Assembly: GCF_009914755.1 (NCBI RefSeq)
Contig: NC_060944.1
DNA: 64,000 nucleotides
From: the human T2T-CHM13v2.0 reference genome, Homo sapiens
Reading direction: 5' to 3' (one strand)
Position 1 is the stretch's first letter. Every line of letters begins with the position of its first letter. Positions 13,201 to 25,419 of the stretch are shown in pieces. Position numbers and translations under genes: made by a program. The notes beneath the pieces were generated by a model. The model worked only from the letters and a program-made list of their open reading frames with translations. It was not told the origin of the DNA and did not search any database.

Positions 13201-16200
13201 TAATAGAGGGCACACAACACAAACAAGTTGCCGAGAATGATTCTGTCTGGTTTTTATGGGAAGATATTTCCTTTTCCAACACAAGCCTGAATGCGCTCCA
13301 AATGGACACTTCCAGATACGACAAAAGGAGTGTTTCAAAGCTGTTCTATGAAAGGGAACGTTCCATTCTGTGACTTGAATGCAAACATCACCAAGTAGTT
13401 TCTCAGAACGCTGCTGTCTGCTTTTTATGTGTATTACCGTTTCCAACGAAATCGTCAAATCCAGCCAAATATCCACTTGCAGGTTCCACAAAAAGAGTGT
13501 TTCAAAACTGCTCTCTCAAAAGACATGTTCAACTCTGTCAGTTGAGGACACACATCACAAAGAAGTTTGTGAGAATGCTTCTGTCTAGTTTTTATGGGAA
13601 CATATTTCCTTTTTTACCGTAAGCCTCAAAGCGCTCCAATTATCCACTTCCAGGGAATGGAAAAAGAGTGTTTCCAACCTGCTCTATGAAAGCGAATGTT
13701 CAACTCCGTGACTTGAATGCAACCATCACAAGGAAGTTTCTGAGAATGCTTCTGTCTACATTTTATATGGAGATATTCCCGTTTCCAACGAAATCCTCAA
13801 AGCTATCAAAATATCCTCTTGGAGATTCTACAAAAAGAGTGTTTCAAAACTGCTCTATCAAAAGAAAGGTTCTACTCCGTCAGTTGAGGACACACATCAC
13901 GAGTAAGTTTCTGACAATGCTTCTGTCTAGTTTTTATGGGAAGATATGTCCTTTTTCACCTTAGGCCGGAAAGCGCTCCAAAAGTCCAGTTACAGACACT
14001 ACAAAAAGAGTGTTTCAAACCTGCTCTGTGAAAGGGAATGTTCCATTCTGTGACTTGAATGCAAACATCACAAAGAAGTTGCTGAGAATGCTGCTGTCTG
14101 CTTTTTATACCTTATCCCGTTTCCAACGAAATCCTCAAATCTAGCCAAATATCCACTTGCAGACTCCACAAAAAGAGTGTTTCTAAACTGTACTGTCAAA
14201 AGAAATGTTGAACTCTGTTAGTTGAGGACACACATCAGAGACTAGCTTCTGAAAATGCTTCTGTCCAGTTGTTACGGGAAGATATTTCCTTTTTCAACAT
14301 AGGCCTGAAACCGCTTCAAATGTCCACTTCCAGATACTGCAAAGAGAGTGTTTCAAACCTCCTCTACGAAAGGGCATGTTCTCCTCTGTGACGTCAATGC
14401 AAACATCCCAAAGAAGTTTCTGAGAATGCTTCTGTCTGGATTTTATCTGAAGACAATCCCGTTTCCAACGAAATCTTCAAAGATATGCAAATATGCTCCT
14501 GCAGATTCTACAAAAAGAGTGTTTCAAAACTGCTCTATGAAAGGAAAGGTTCGACTCTGTTAGTAGAGGGCACACATCACAAACAAGTTGCCGAGAATGA
14601 TTCTGTCTGTTTTTTATGGGAAAATATTTCCTTTTCCAACACAAGCCTGAATGCGCTGCAAATGGACACTTCCAGATACGACAAAAGGAGTGTTTCAAAG
14701 CTGTTCTATGAAAGGGAACCTTCCATTGTGTGACTTGAATGCAAACATCACCAAGTAGTTTCTCAGAACGCTGCTGTCTGCTTTTTATATGTATTCCCGT
14801 GTCCAACGAAATCGTCAAAGCCAGCCAAATATCCACTTGCAAGTTCCAGAAAAAGAGTGTTTCAAAACTGCTCTCTCAAAAGACATGTTCAACTCTGTCA
14901 GTTGAGGACACACATCACAAAGAAGTTTCTGAGAATGCTTCTGTCTAGTTTTTATGGGAAGATATTTCCTTTTTCACCATACGCCTCAAAGCGCTCCAAA
15001 TGTCCACTTCCGGGGAATGGAAAAAGAGTGTTTCCAACCTGCTCTATGAAAGCGAATGTTTAACTCGGTGACTTGAATGCAACCATCACAAGGAAGTTTC
15101 TGAGAATGCTTCTGTCTAGATTTTATATGAAGATATTCCCGTTTCCAACGAAATCCTCAAAGCTATCCAAATATCCACTTGGAGATTCTACAAAAAGAGT
15201 GTTTCAAAACTGCTCTATCAAAAGAAAGTTGTACTCCGTCAGTTGAGGACACACATCACGAGTAAGTTTCTGACAATGCTTCTGTCTAGTTTTTATGGGA
15301 AGATATGTCCTTTTTCACCTTAGGCCGGAAAGCGCTCCAAAAGTCCAGTTACAGACACTACAAAAAGAGTGTTTCAAACCTGCTCTGTGAAAGGGAATGT
15401 TCCATTCTGTGACTTGAATGCAAACATCACAAAGAAGTTGCTGAGAATGCTGCTGTCTGCTTTTTATACCTTATCGCGTTTCCAACGAAATCCTCAAATC
15501 CAGCCAAATATCCACTTGCAGACGCCACAAAAACAGTGTTTCAAAACTGTACTGTCAAAAGAAATGTTCAACTCTGTTAGTTGAGGACACACATCAGAGA
15601 CTAGCTTCTGAGAATGCTTCTGTCCAGTTGTTACGGGAAGATATTTCCTTTTTCAACATAGGCCTGAAACCGCTTCAAATGTCCACTTCCAGATACTGCA
15701 AAGAGAGTGTTTCAAACCTTCTCTATGAAAGGGCATGTTCTCCTCTGTGACGTCAATGCAAACGTCCCAAAGAAGTTTCTGAGAATGCTTCTGTCTGGAT
15801 TTTATCTGAAGACAATCCCGTTTCCAACGAAATCTTCAAAGATATGCAAATATGCTCCTGCAGATTCTAGAAAAAGAGTGTTTCAAAACTGCTCTATGAA
15901 AAGAAAGTTTCGACTCTGATAGTAGAGGGCACACATCACAAACAAGTTGCCGAGAATGCTTCTGTCTGGTTTTTATGGGAAGATATTTCCTTTTCCAACA
16001 CAAGCCTGAATGCGCTCCAAATGGACACTTCCAGATACGACAAAAGGAGTGTTTCAAAGCTGTTCTATGAAAGGGAACGTTGCATTCTGTGACTTGAATG
16101 CAAACATCACCAAGTAGTTTCTCAGAACTGTGCTGTCTGCTTCTTATATGTATTCCCGTTTCCAACGAAATCGTCAAAGCCAGCCAAATATCCACTTGCA

Positions 16201-19200
16201 GGTTCCACAAAAAGAGTGTGTCAAAACTGCTCTCTCAAAAGACATGTTCAACTCTGTCAGTTGAGGACACACATCACAAAGAAGTTTGTGAGAATGCTTC
16301 TGCCTAGTTTTTATGGGAAGATATTTCCTTTTTCACCATAGGCCTCAAAGCGCTCCAAATGTCCAATTCCAGGGAATGGAAAAAGAGTGTTTCCAACCTG
16401 CTCTATGAAAGCAAATGTTCAACTCCGTGAATTGAATGCAACCAAAACAAGGAAGTTTCTGAGAATGCTTCTGTCTAGATTTTATATGAAGATATTCCCG
16501 TTTCCAACGAAATCCCCAAAGCTATCAAAATATCCACTTGGAGATTCTACAAAAAGAGTGTTTCAAAACTGCTCTATCAAAAGAAAGGTTCTACTCCGTC
16601 AGTTGAGAACACACATCACGAGTAAGTTTCTGACAATGCTTCTGTCTAGTTTTTATGGGAAGACATGTCCTTTTTCACCTTAGACAGGAAAGCGCTCCAA
16701 AAGTCCAGTTACAGACACTACAAAAAGAGTGTTTCAAACCTGCTCTGTGAAAGGGAATGTTCAATTCTGTGACTTGAATGCAAACATCACAAAGAAGTAG
16801 CTGAGAATGCTGCTGTCTGCTTTTTATACCTTATCCCGTTTCCAACGAAATCCTCAAATCTAGGCAAATATCCACTTGCAGACTCCACAAAAACAGTGTT
16901 TCAAAACTGTACTGTCAAAAGAAATGTTCAACTCTGTTAGTTGAGGACACACATCAGAGACTAGCTTCTGAGAATGCTTCTGTCCAGTTGGTACGGGAAG
17001 ATATTTCCTTTTTCAGAATAGGCCTGAAACCGCTTCAAATGTCCACTTCCAGATACTGCAAAGAGAGTGTTTCAAACCTTCTCTACGAAAGGGCATGTTC
17101 TCCTCTGTGACGTCAATGCAAACATCCTAAAGAAGTTTCTGAGAATGCTTCTGTCTGGATTTTATCTGAAGACAATCCCGTTTCCAACGAAATCCTCAAA
17201 GCTATGCAAATATGCTCCTGCAGATTCTACAAAAAGAGTGTTTCAAAACTGCTCTATGAAAAGAAAGGTTCGACTCTGTTAGTAGAGGGCACACATCACA
17301 AACAAGTTGCCGAGAATGCTTCTGTCTGGTTTTTATGGGAAGATATTTCCTTTTCCAACACAAGCCTGAATGCGCTCCAAATGGACACTTCCAGATACGA
17401 CAAAAGGAGGGTTTCAAACCTGTTCTGTGAAAGGGAACGTTCCATTCTGTGACTTGAATGCAAACATCACCAAGTAGTTTCTCAGAACGCTGCTGTCTGC
17501 TTTTTATATGAATTCCCGTTTCCAACGAAATCGTCAAAGCCAGCCAAATATCCACTTGCAGGTTCCACAAAAAGAGTGTGTCAAAACTGCTCTCTCAAAA
17601 GACATGTTCAACTCTGTCAGTTGAGGACACACATCACAAAGAAGTTTGTGAGAATGCTTCTGCCTAGTTTTTATGGGAAGATATTTCCTTTTTCACCATA
17701 GGCCTCAAAGCGCTCCAAATGTCCACTTCCAGGGAATGGAAAAAGAGTGTTTCCAACCTGCTCTATGAAAGCGAATGTTCAACTCCGTGACTTGAATGCA
17801 ACCATCACAAGGAAGCTTCTGAGAATGCTTCTGTCTAGATTTTATATGAAGATATTCCCGTTTCCAACGAAATCCTCAAAGCTATCCAAATATCCACTTG
17901 GAGATTCTACAAAAAGAGTGTTTCAAAACTGCTCTATCAAAAGAAAGGTTCTACTCCGTCAGTTGAGGACACACATCACGAGTAAGTTTCTGACAATGCT
18001 TCTGTCTAGTTTTTATGGGAAGATATGTCCTTTTTCACATTAGGCCGGAAAGCGCTCCAAAAGTCCAGTTACAGACACTACAAAAAGAGTGTTTCAAACC
18101 TGCTCTGTGAAAGCGAATGTTCCATTCTGTGACTTGAATGCAAACATCACAAAGAAGTTGCTGAGAATGCTGCTGTCTGCTTTTTATACCTTATCCCGTT
18201 TCCAACGAAATCCTCAAATCTAGCCAAATATCCACTTGCAGACTCCACAAAAACAGTGTTTCAAAACTGTACTGTCAAAAGAAATGTTCAACTCTGTTAG
18301 TTGAGGACACACATCAGAGACTAGCTTCTGAGAATGCTTCTGTCCAGTTGTTACGGGAAGATATTTCCTTTTTCAACATAGGCCTGAAACTGCTTCAAAT
18401 GTCCACTTCCAGATACTGCAAAGAGAGTGTTTCAAACCTTCTCTACGAAAGGGCATGTTCTCCTCTGTGACGTCAATGCAAACATCCCAAAGAAGTTTCT
18501 GAGAATGCTTCTGTCTGGATTTTATCTGAAGACAATCCCGTTTCCAACGAAATCCTCAAAGTTATGCAAATATGCTCCTGCAGATTCTACAAAAGGAGTG
18601 TTTCAAAACTGCTCTATGAAAAGAAAGGTTCAACTATGTTAGTAGAGGGCACACATCACAAACAAGTTGCCGAGAATGATTCTGTCTGGTTTTTATGGGA
18701 AGATATTTCCTTTTGCAACACAAGCCTGAATGCGCTCCAAATGGACACTTCCAGATACGACAAAAGGAGTGTTTCAAAGCTGTTCTATGAAAGGGAACGT
18801 TCCATTCTGTGACTTGAATGCAAACATCACCAAGTAGTTTCTCAGAACGCTGCTGTCTGCTTTTTATATGTATTCCCGTGTCCAAGGAAATCGTCAAAGC
18901 CAGCCAAATATCAACCTGCAGGTTCCACAAAAAGAGTGTGTCAAAACTGCTCTCTCAAAAGACATGTTCAACTCCGTCAGTTGAGGACACACATCACAAA
19001 GAAGTTTCTGAGAATGCTTCTGTCTAGTTTTTATGGGAAGATATTTCCTTTTTCACCATAGGCCTCAAAGCGCTCCAAATGTCCACTTCCAGGGAATGGA
19101 AAAAGAGTGTTTCCAACCTGCTCTATGAAAGCCAATGTTCAACTCCGTGACTTGAATGCAACCATCACAAGGAAGTTTCTGAGAATGCTTCTGTCTAGAT

Positions 19201-22200
19201 TTTATATGAAGATATTCCCGTTTCCAACGAAATCCTCAAAGCTATACAAATATCCACTTGGAGATTCTACAAAAAGAGTGTTTCAAAACTGCTCTATCAA
19301 AAGAAAGGTTCTACTCCGTCAGTTGAGGACACACATCACGAGTAAGTTTCTGACAATGCTTCTGTCTAGTTTTTATGGGAAGATATGTCCGTTTTCACCT
19401 TAGGCCGGCAAGCGCTCCAAAAATCCAGTTACAGACACTACAAAAAGAGTGTTTCAAACCTGCTCTGTGAAAGGGAATGTTCCATTCTGTGACTTGAATG
19501 CAAACATCACAAAGAAGTTGCTGAGAATGCTGCTGTCTGCTTTTTATACCTTATAACGTTTCCAACGAAATCCTCAAATCTAGCCAAATATCCACTTGCA
19601 GACTCCACAAAAACAGTGTTTCAAAACTGTACTGTCAAAAGAAATGTTCAACTGTGTTAGTTGAGGACACACATCAGAGACTAGCTTCTGAGAATGCTTC
19701 TGTCCAGTTGTTACGGGAAGATATTTCCTTTTTCAACATAGGCCTGAAACCGCTTCAAATGTCCACTTCCAGATACTGCAAAGAGAGTGTTTCAAACCTT
19801 CTCGACGAAAGGGCATGTTCTCCTCTGTGACGTCAATGCAAACATCCCAAAGAAGTTTCTGAGAATGCTTCTGTCTGGATTTTACCTGAAGACAATCCCG
19901 TTTCCAACGAAATCCTCAAAGATATGCAAATATGCACCTGCAGATTCTACAAAAAGAGTGTTTCAAAACTGCTCTATGAAAAGAAAGGTTCGACTCTGTT
20001 AGTAGAGGGCACACATCACAAACAAGTTGCCGAGAATGCTTCTGTCTGGTTTTTATGGGAAGATATTTCCTTTTCCAACACAAGCCTGAATGCGCTCCAA
20101 ATGGACACTTCCAGATACGACAAAAGGAGTGTTTCAAACCTGTACTGTGAAAGGGAACGTTCCATTCTGTGACTTGAATGCAAACATCACCAAGTAGTTT
20201 CTCAGAACGCTGCTGTCTGCATTTTATATGTATTCCCGTGTCCAACGAAATCGTCAAAGCCAGCCAAATATCCACTTGCAGGTTCCACAAAACGAGTGTG
20301 TCAAAACTGCTCTCTCAAAAGACATGTTCAACTCTGTTAGTTGAGGACACACATCACAAAGAAGTTTCTGAGAATGCTTCTGTCTAGTTTTTATGGGAAG
20401 ATATTTCCTTTTTCACCATAGGCCTCAAAGCGCTCCAAATGTCCACTTCCAGGGAATGGAAAAAGAGTGTTTCCAACCTGCTCTATGAAAGCGAATGTTC
20501 AACTCCGTGACTTGAATGCAACCATCACAAGGAAGTTTCTGAGAATGCTTCTGTCTAGATTTTATATGAAGATATTCCCGTTTCCAACGAAATCCTCAAA
20601 GCTATCCAAATATCCCCTTGGAGATTCTACAAAAAGAGTGTTTCAAAACTGCTCTATCAAAAGAAAGGTTCTACTCCGTCAGTTGAGGACACACATCACG
20701 AGTAAGTTTCTGAGAATGCTTCTGTCTAGTTTTTATGGGAAGATATGTCCTTTTTCACCTTAGGCCGGAAAGCGCTCCAAAAGTCCAGTTACAGACACTA
20801 CAAAAAGAGTGTTTCAAACCTGCTCTGTGAAAGGGAATGTTCCATTCTGTGACTTGAATGCAAACATCACAAAGAAGTTGCTGAGAATGGTGCTGTCTGC
20901 TTTTTATACCTTATCCCGTTTCCAACGAAATCCTCAAATCTAGCCAAATATCCACTTGCAGACTCCACAAAAAGAGTGTTTCTAAACTGTACTGTCAAAA
21001 GAAATGTTCAACTCTGTTAGTTGAGGACACACATCAGAGACTAGCTTCTGAGAATGCTTCTGTCCAGTTGTTACGGGAAGATATTTCCCTTTTCAACATA
21101 GTCCTGAAACCGCTTCAAATGTCCACTTCCAGATACTGCAAAGAGAGTGTTTCAAACCTTCTCTACGAAAGGGCATGTTCTCCTCTGTGACGTCAATGCA
21201 AACATCCCAAAGAAGTTTCTGAGAATGCTTCTGTCTGGATTTTATCTGAAGACAATCCCGTTTCCAACGAAATCCTCAAAGCTATGCAAATATGCTCCTG
21301 CAGATTCTACAAAAAGAGTGTTTCAAAACTGCTCTAGGAAAAGAAAGGTTCAACTATGTTAGTAGAGGGCACACATCACAAACAAGTTGCCGAGAATGAT
21401 TCTGTCTGGTTTTTATGGGAAGATATTTCCTTTTGCAACACAAGCCTGAATGCGCTCCAAATGGACACTTCCAGATACGACAAAAGGAGTGTTTCAAACC
21501 TGTTCTATGAAAGGGAACGTTCCATTCTGTGACTTGAATGCAAACATCACCAAGTAGTTTCTCAGAACGCTGCTGTCTGCTTTTTATATGTATTCCCGTA
21601 TCCAAGGAAATCGTCAAAGCCAGCCAAATATCAACTTGCAGGTTCCACAAAAAGAGTGTGTCAAAACTGCTCTCTCAAAAGACATGTTCAACTCCGTCAG
21701 TTGAGGACACACATCACAAAGAAGTTTCTGAGAATGCTTCTGTCTAGTTTTTATGGGAAGATATTTCCTTTTTCACCATAGGCCTCAAAGCGCTCCAAAT
21801 GTCCACTTCCAGGGAATGGAAAAAGAGTGTTTCCAACCTGCTCTATGAAAGCGAATGTTCAACTCCGTGACTTGAATGCAAGCATCACAAGGAAGTTTCT
21901 GAGAATGCTTCTGTCTAGATTTTATATGAAGATATTCCCGTTTCCAACGAAATCCTCAAAGCTATACAAATATCCACTTGGAGATTCTACAAAAAGAGTG
22001 TTTCAAAACTGCTCTATCAAAAGAAAGGTTCTACTCCGTCAGTTGAGGACAAACATCACGAGTAAGTTTCTGACAATGCTTCTCTCTAGTTTTTATGGGA
22101 AGATATGTCCGTTTTCACCTTAGGCCGGCAAGCGCTCCAAAAATCCAGTTACAGACACTACAAAAAGAGTGTTTCAAACCTGCTCTGTGAAAGGGAATGT

Positions 22201-25200
22201 TCCATTCTGTGACTTGAATGCAAACATCACAAAGAAGTTGCTGAGAATGCTGCTGTCTGCTTTTTATACCTTATCCCGTTTCCAACGAAATCCTCAAATC
22301 TAGCCAAATATCCAATTGCAGACTCCACAAAAACAGAGTTTCAAAACTGTACTGTCAAAAGAAATGTTCAACTGTGTCAGTTGAGGACACACATCAGAGA
22401 CTAGCTTCTGAGAATGCTTCTGTCCAGTTGTTACGTGAAGATATTTCCTTTTTCAACATAGGCCTGAAACCGCTTCAAATGTCCACTTCCAGATACTGCA
22501 AAGAGAGTGTTTCAAACCTTCTCTACGAAAGGGCATGTTCTCCTCTGTGACGTCAATGCAAACATCCCAAAGAAGTTTCTGAGAATGCTTCTGTCTGGAT
22601 TTTAGCTGAAGACAATCCCGTTTCCAACGAAATCCTCAAAGATATGCAAATATGCACCTGCAGATTCTACAAAAAGAGTGTTTCAAAACTGCTCTATGAA
22701 AAGAAAGTTTCGACTCTGTTAGTAGAGGGCACACATCACAAACAAGTTGCCGAGAATGCTTCTGTCTGGTTTTTATGGGAAGATATTTCCTTTTGTAACA
22801 CAAGCCTGAATGCGCTCCAAATGGACACTTCCAGATACGACAAAAGGAGTGTTTCAAACCTGTTCTATGAAAGGGAACGTTCCATTCTGTGACTTGAATG
22901 CAAACATCACCAAGTAATTTCTCAGAACGCTGCTGTCTGCTTTTTATATGTATTCCCGTTTCCAACGAAATCGTCAAAGCCAGGCAAATATCCACTTGCA
23001 GGTTCCACAAAAAGAGGGTGTCAAAACTGCTCTCTCAAAAGACATGTTCAACTCTGTCAGTTGAGGACACACATCACAAAGAAGTTTCTGAGAATGCTTC
23101 TGTGTAGTTTTTATGGGAAGATATTTCCTTTTTCACCATAGGCCTCAAAGCGCTCCAAATGTCCACTTCCAGGGAATGGAAAAAGAGTGTTTCCAACCTG
23201 CTCTATGAAAGCGAATGTTCAACTCCGTGACTTGAATGCAACCATCACAAGGAAGTTTCTGAGAATGCTTCTGTCTAGATTTTATATGAAGATATTCCCG
23301 TTTCCAACGAAATCCTCAAAGCTATCCAAATATCCACTTGGAGATTCTACAAAAAGAGTGTTTCAAAACTGCTCTATCAAAAGAAAGGTTCTACTCCGTC
23401 AGTTGAGGACACACATCACGAGTAAGTTTCTGACAATGCTTCTGTCTAGTTTTTATGGGAAGATATGTCCTTTTTCACCTTAGGCCGGAAAGCGCTCCAT
23501 AAGTCCAGTTACAGACACTACAAAAAGAGTGTTTCAAACCTGCTCTGTGAAAGGGAATGTTCCATTCTGTGACTTGAATGCAAACATCACAAAGAAGTTG
23601 CTGAGAATGCTGCTGTCTGCTTTTTATACCTTATCCCGTTTCCAACGAAATCCTCAAATCCAGCCAAATATCCACTTGCAGACTCCACAAAAAGAGTGTT
23701 TCAAAACTATACTGTCAAAAGAAATGTTCAACTCTGTTAGTTGAGGACACACATCAGAGACTAGTTTCTGAGAATGCTTCTGTCCAGTTGTTACGGGAAG
23801 ATATTTCCTTTTTCAACATAGGCCTGAAACTGCTTCAAATGTCCACTTCCAGATACTGCAAAGAGAGTGTTTCAAACCTTCTCTACGAAAGGGCATGTTC
23901 TCCTCTGTGACGTCAATGCAAACATCCCAAAGAAGTTTCTGAGAATGCATCTGTCTGGATTTTCTCTGAAGACAATCCCGTTTCCAACGAAATCCTCAAA
24001 GATATGCAAATATGCTCCTGCAGATTCTACAAAAAGAGTGTTTCAAAACTGCTCTATGAAAAGAAAGGTTCGACTCTGTTAGTAGAGGGCACACATCACA
24101 AACAAGTTGCCGAGAATGCTTCCGTCTGGTTTTTATGGGAAGATATTTCCTTTTCCAACACAAGCCTGAATGCGCTCCAAATGGACACTTCCAGATACGA
24201 CAAAAGGAGTGTTTCAAACCTGTTCTGTGAAAGGGAACGTTCCATTCTGTGACTTGAATGCAAACATCACCAAGTAGTTTCTCAGAACGCTGCTGTCTGC
24301 AATTTATATGTATTCCCGTGTCCAATGAAATCATCAAAGCCAGCCAAATATCCACTTGCAGGTTCCACAAAAAGAGTGTGTCAAAACTGCTCTCTCAAAA
24401 GACATGTTCAACTCTGTCAGTTGAGGACACACATCACAAAGAAGTTTGTGAGAATGGTTCTGCCTAGTTTTTATGGGAAGATATTTCCTTTTTCACCATA
24501 GGCCTCAAAGCGCTCCAAATGTCCACTTCCAGGGAATGGAAAAAGAGTGTTTCCAACCTGCTCTATGAAAGTGAATGTTCAACTCCGTGACTTGAATGCA
24601 ACCATCACAAGGAAGTTTCTGAGAATGCTTCTGTCTAGATTTTATATGAAGATATTCCCGTTTCCAACGAAATCCTCAAACCTATCCAAATATCCACTTG
24701 GAGATTCTACAGAAAGAGTGTTTGAAAACTGCTCTATCAAAAGAAAGGTTCTACTCCGTCAGTTGAGGACACACATCACGAGTAAGTTTCTGACAATGCT
24801 TCTGTCTAGTTTTTATGGGAAGATATGTCCTTTTTCACCTTAGGCCGGCAAGCGCTCCAAAAGTCCAGTTACAGACACTACAAAAAGAGTGTTTCAAACC
24901 TGCTCTGTGAAAGGGAATGTTCCATTCTGTGACTTGAATGCAAACATCACAAAGAAGTTGCTGAGAATGCTGCTGTCTGCTTTTTATACCTTATCCCGTT
25001 TCCAACGAAATCCTCAAATGTAGCCAAATATCCACTTGCAGACTCCACAAAAAGAGTGTTACAAAACTGTACTGTCCAAAGAAATGTTCAACTCTGTTAG
25101 TTGAGGACACACATCAGAGACTAGCTTCTGAGAATGCTTCTGTCCAGTTGTTACGGGAAGATATTTCCTTTTTCAACATAGTCCTGAAACCGCTTCAAAT

Positions 25201-25419
25201 GTCCACTTCCAGATACTGCAAAGAGAGTGTTTCAAACCTTCTCTATGAAAGGGCATGTTCTCCTCTGTGACATCAATGCAAACATCCCAAAGAAGTTTCT
25301 GAGAATGCTTCTGTCTGGATTTTATCTGAAGACAATCCCGTTTCCAACGAAATCCTCAAAGATATGCAAATATGCTCCTGCAGATTCTACAAAAAGAGTG
25401 TTTCAAAACTGCTCTATGA

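Larger units (their letters stand above)
1..21900. repeat. Super-HOR block A-B-C-D-E-(G)-F repeated about 2.5 times (periods 8159 and 9518 bp)
   Basis: Unit-specific variants recur in phase. Variant aagctt occurs at 136, 8295 and 17813; ttataacg at about 1874, 10033 and 19551; gaattc at 7992 and 17510. The ORF track repeats 70/8229/17747, 1430/9589/19107 and 6869/16387. Confidence 0.92.
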
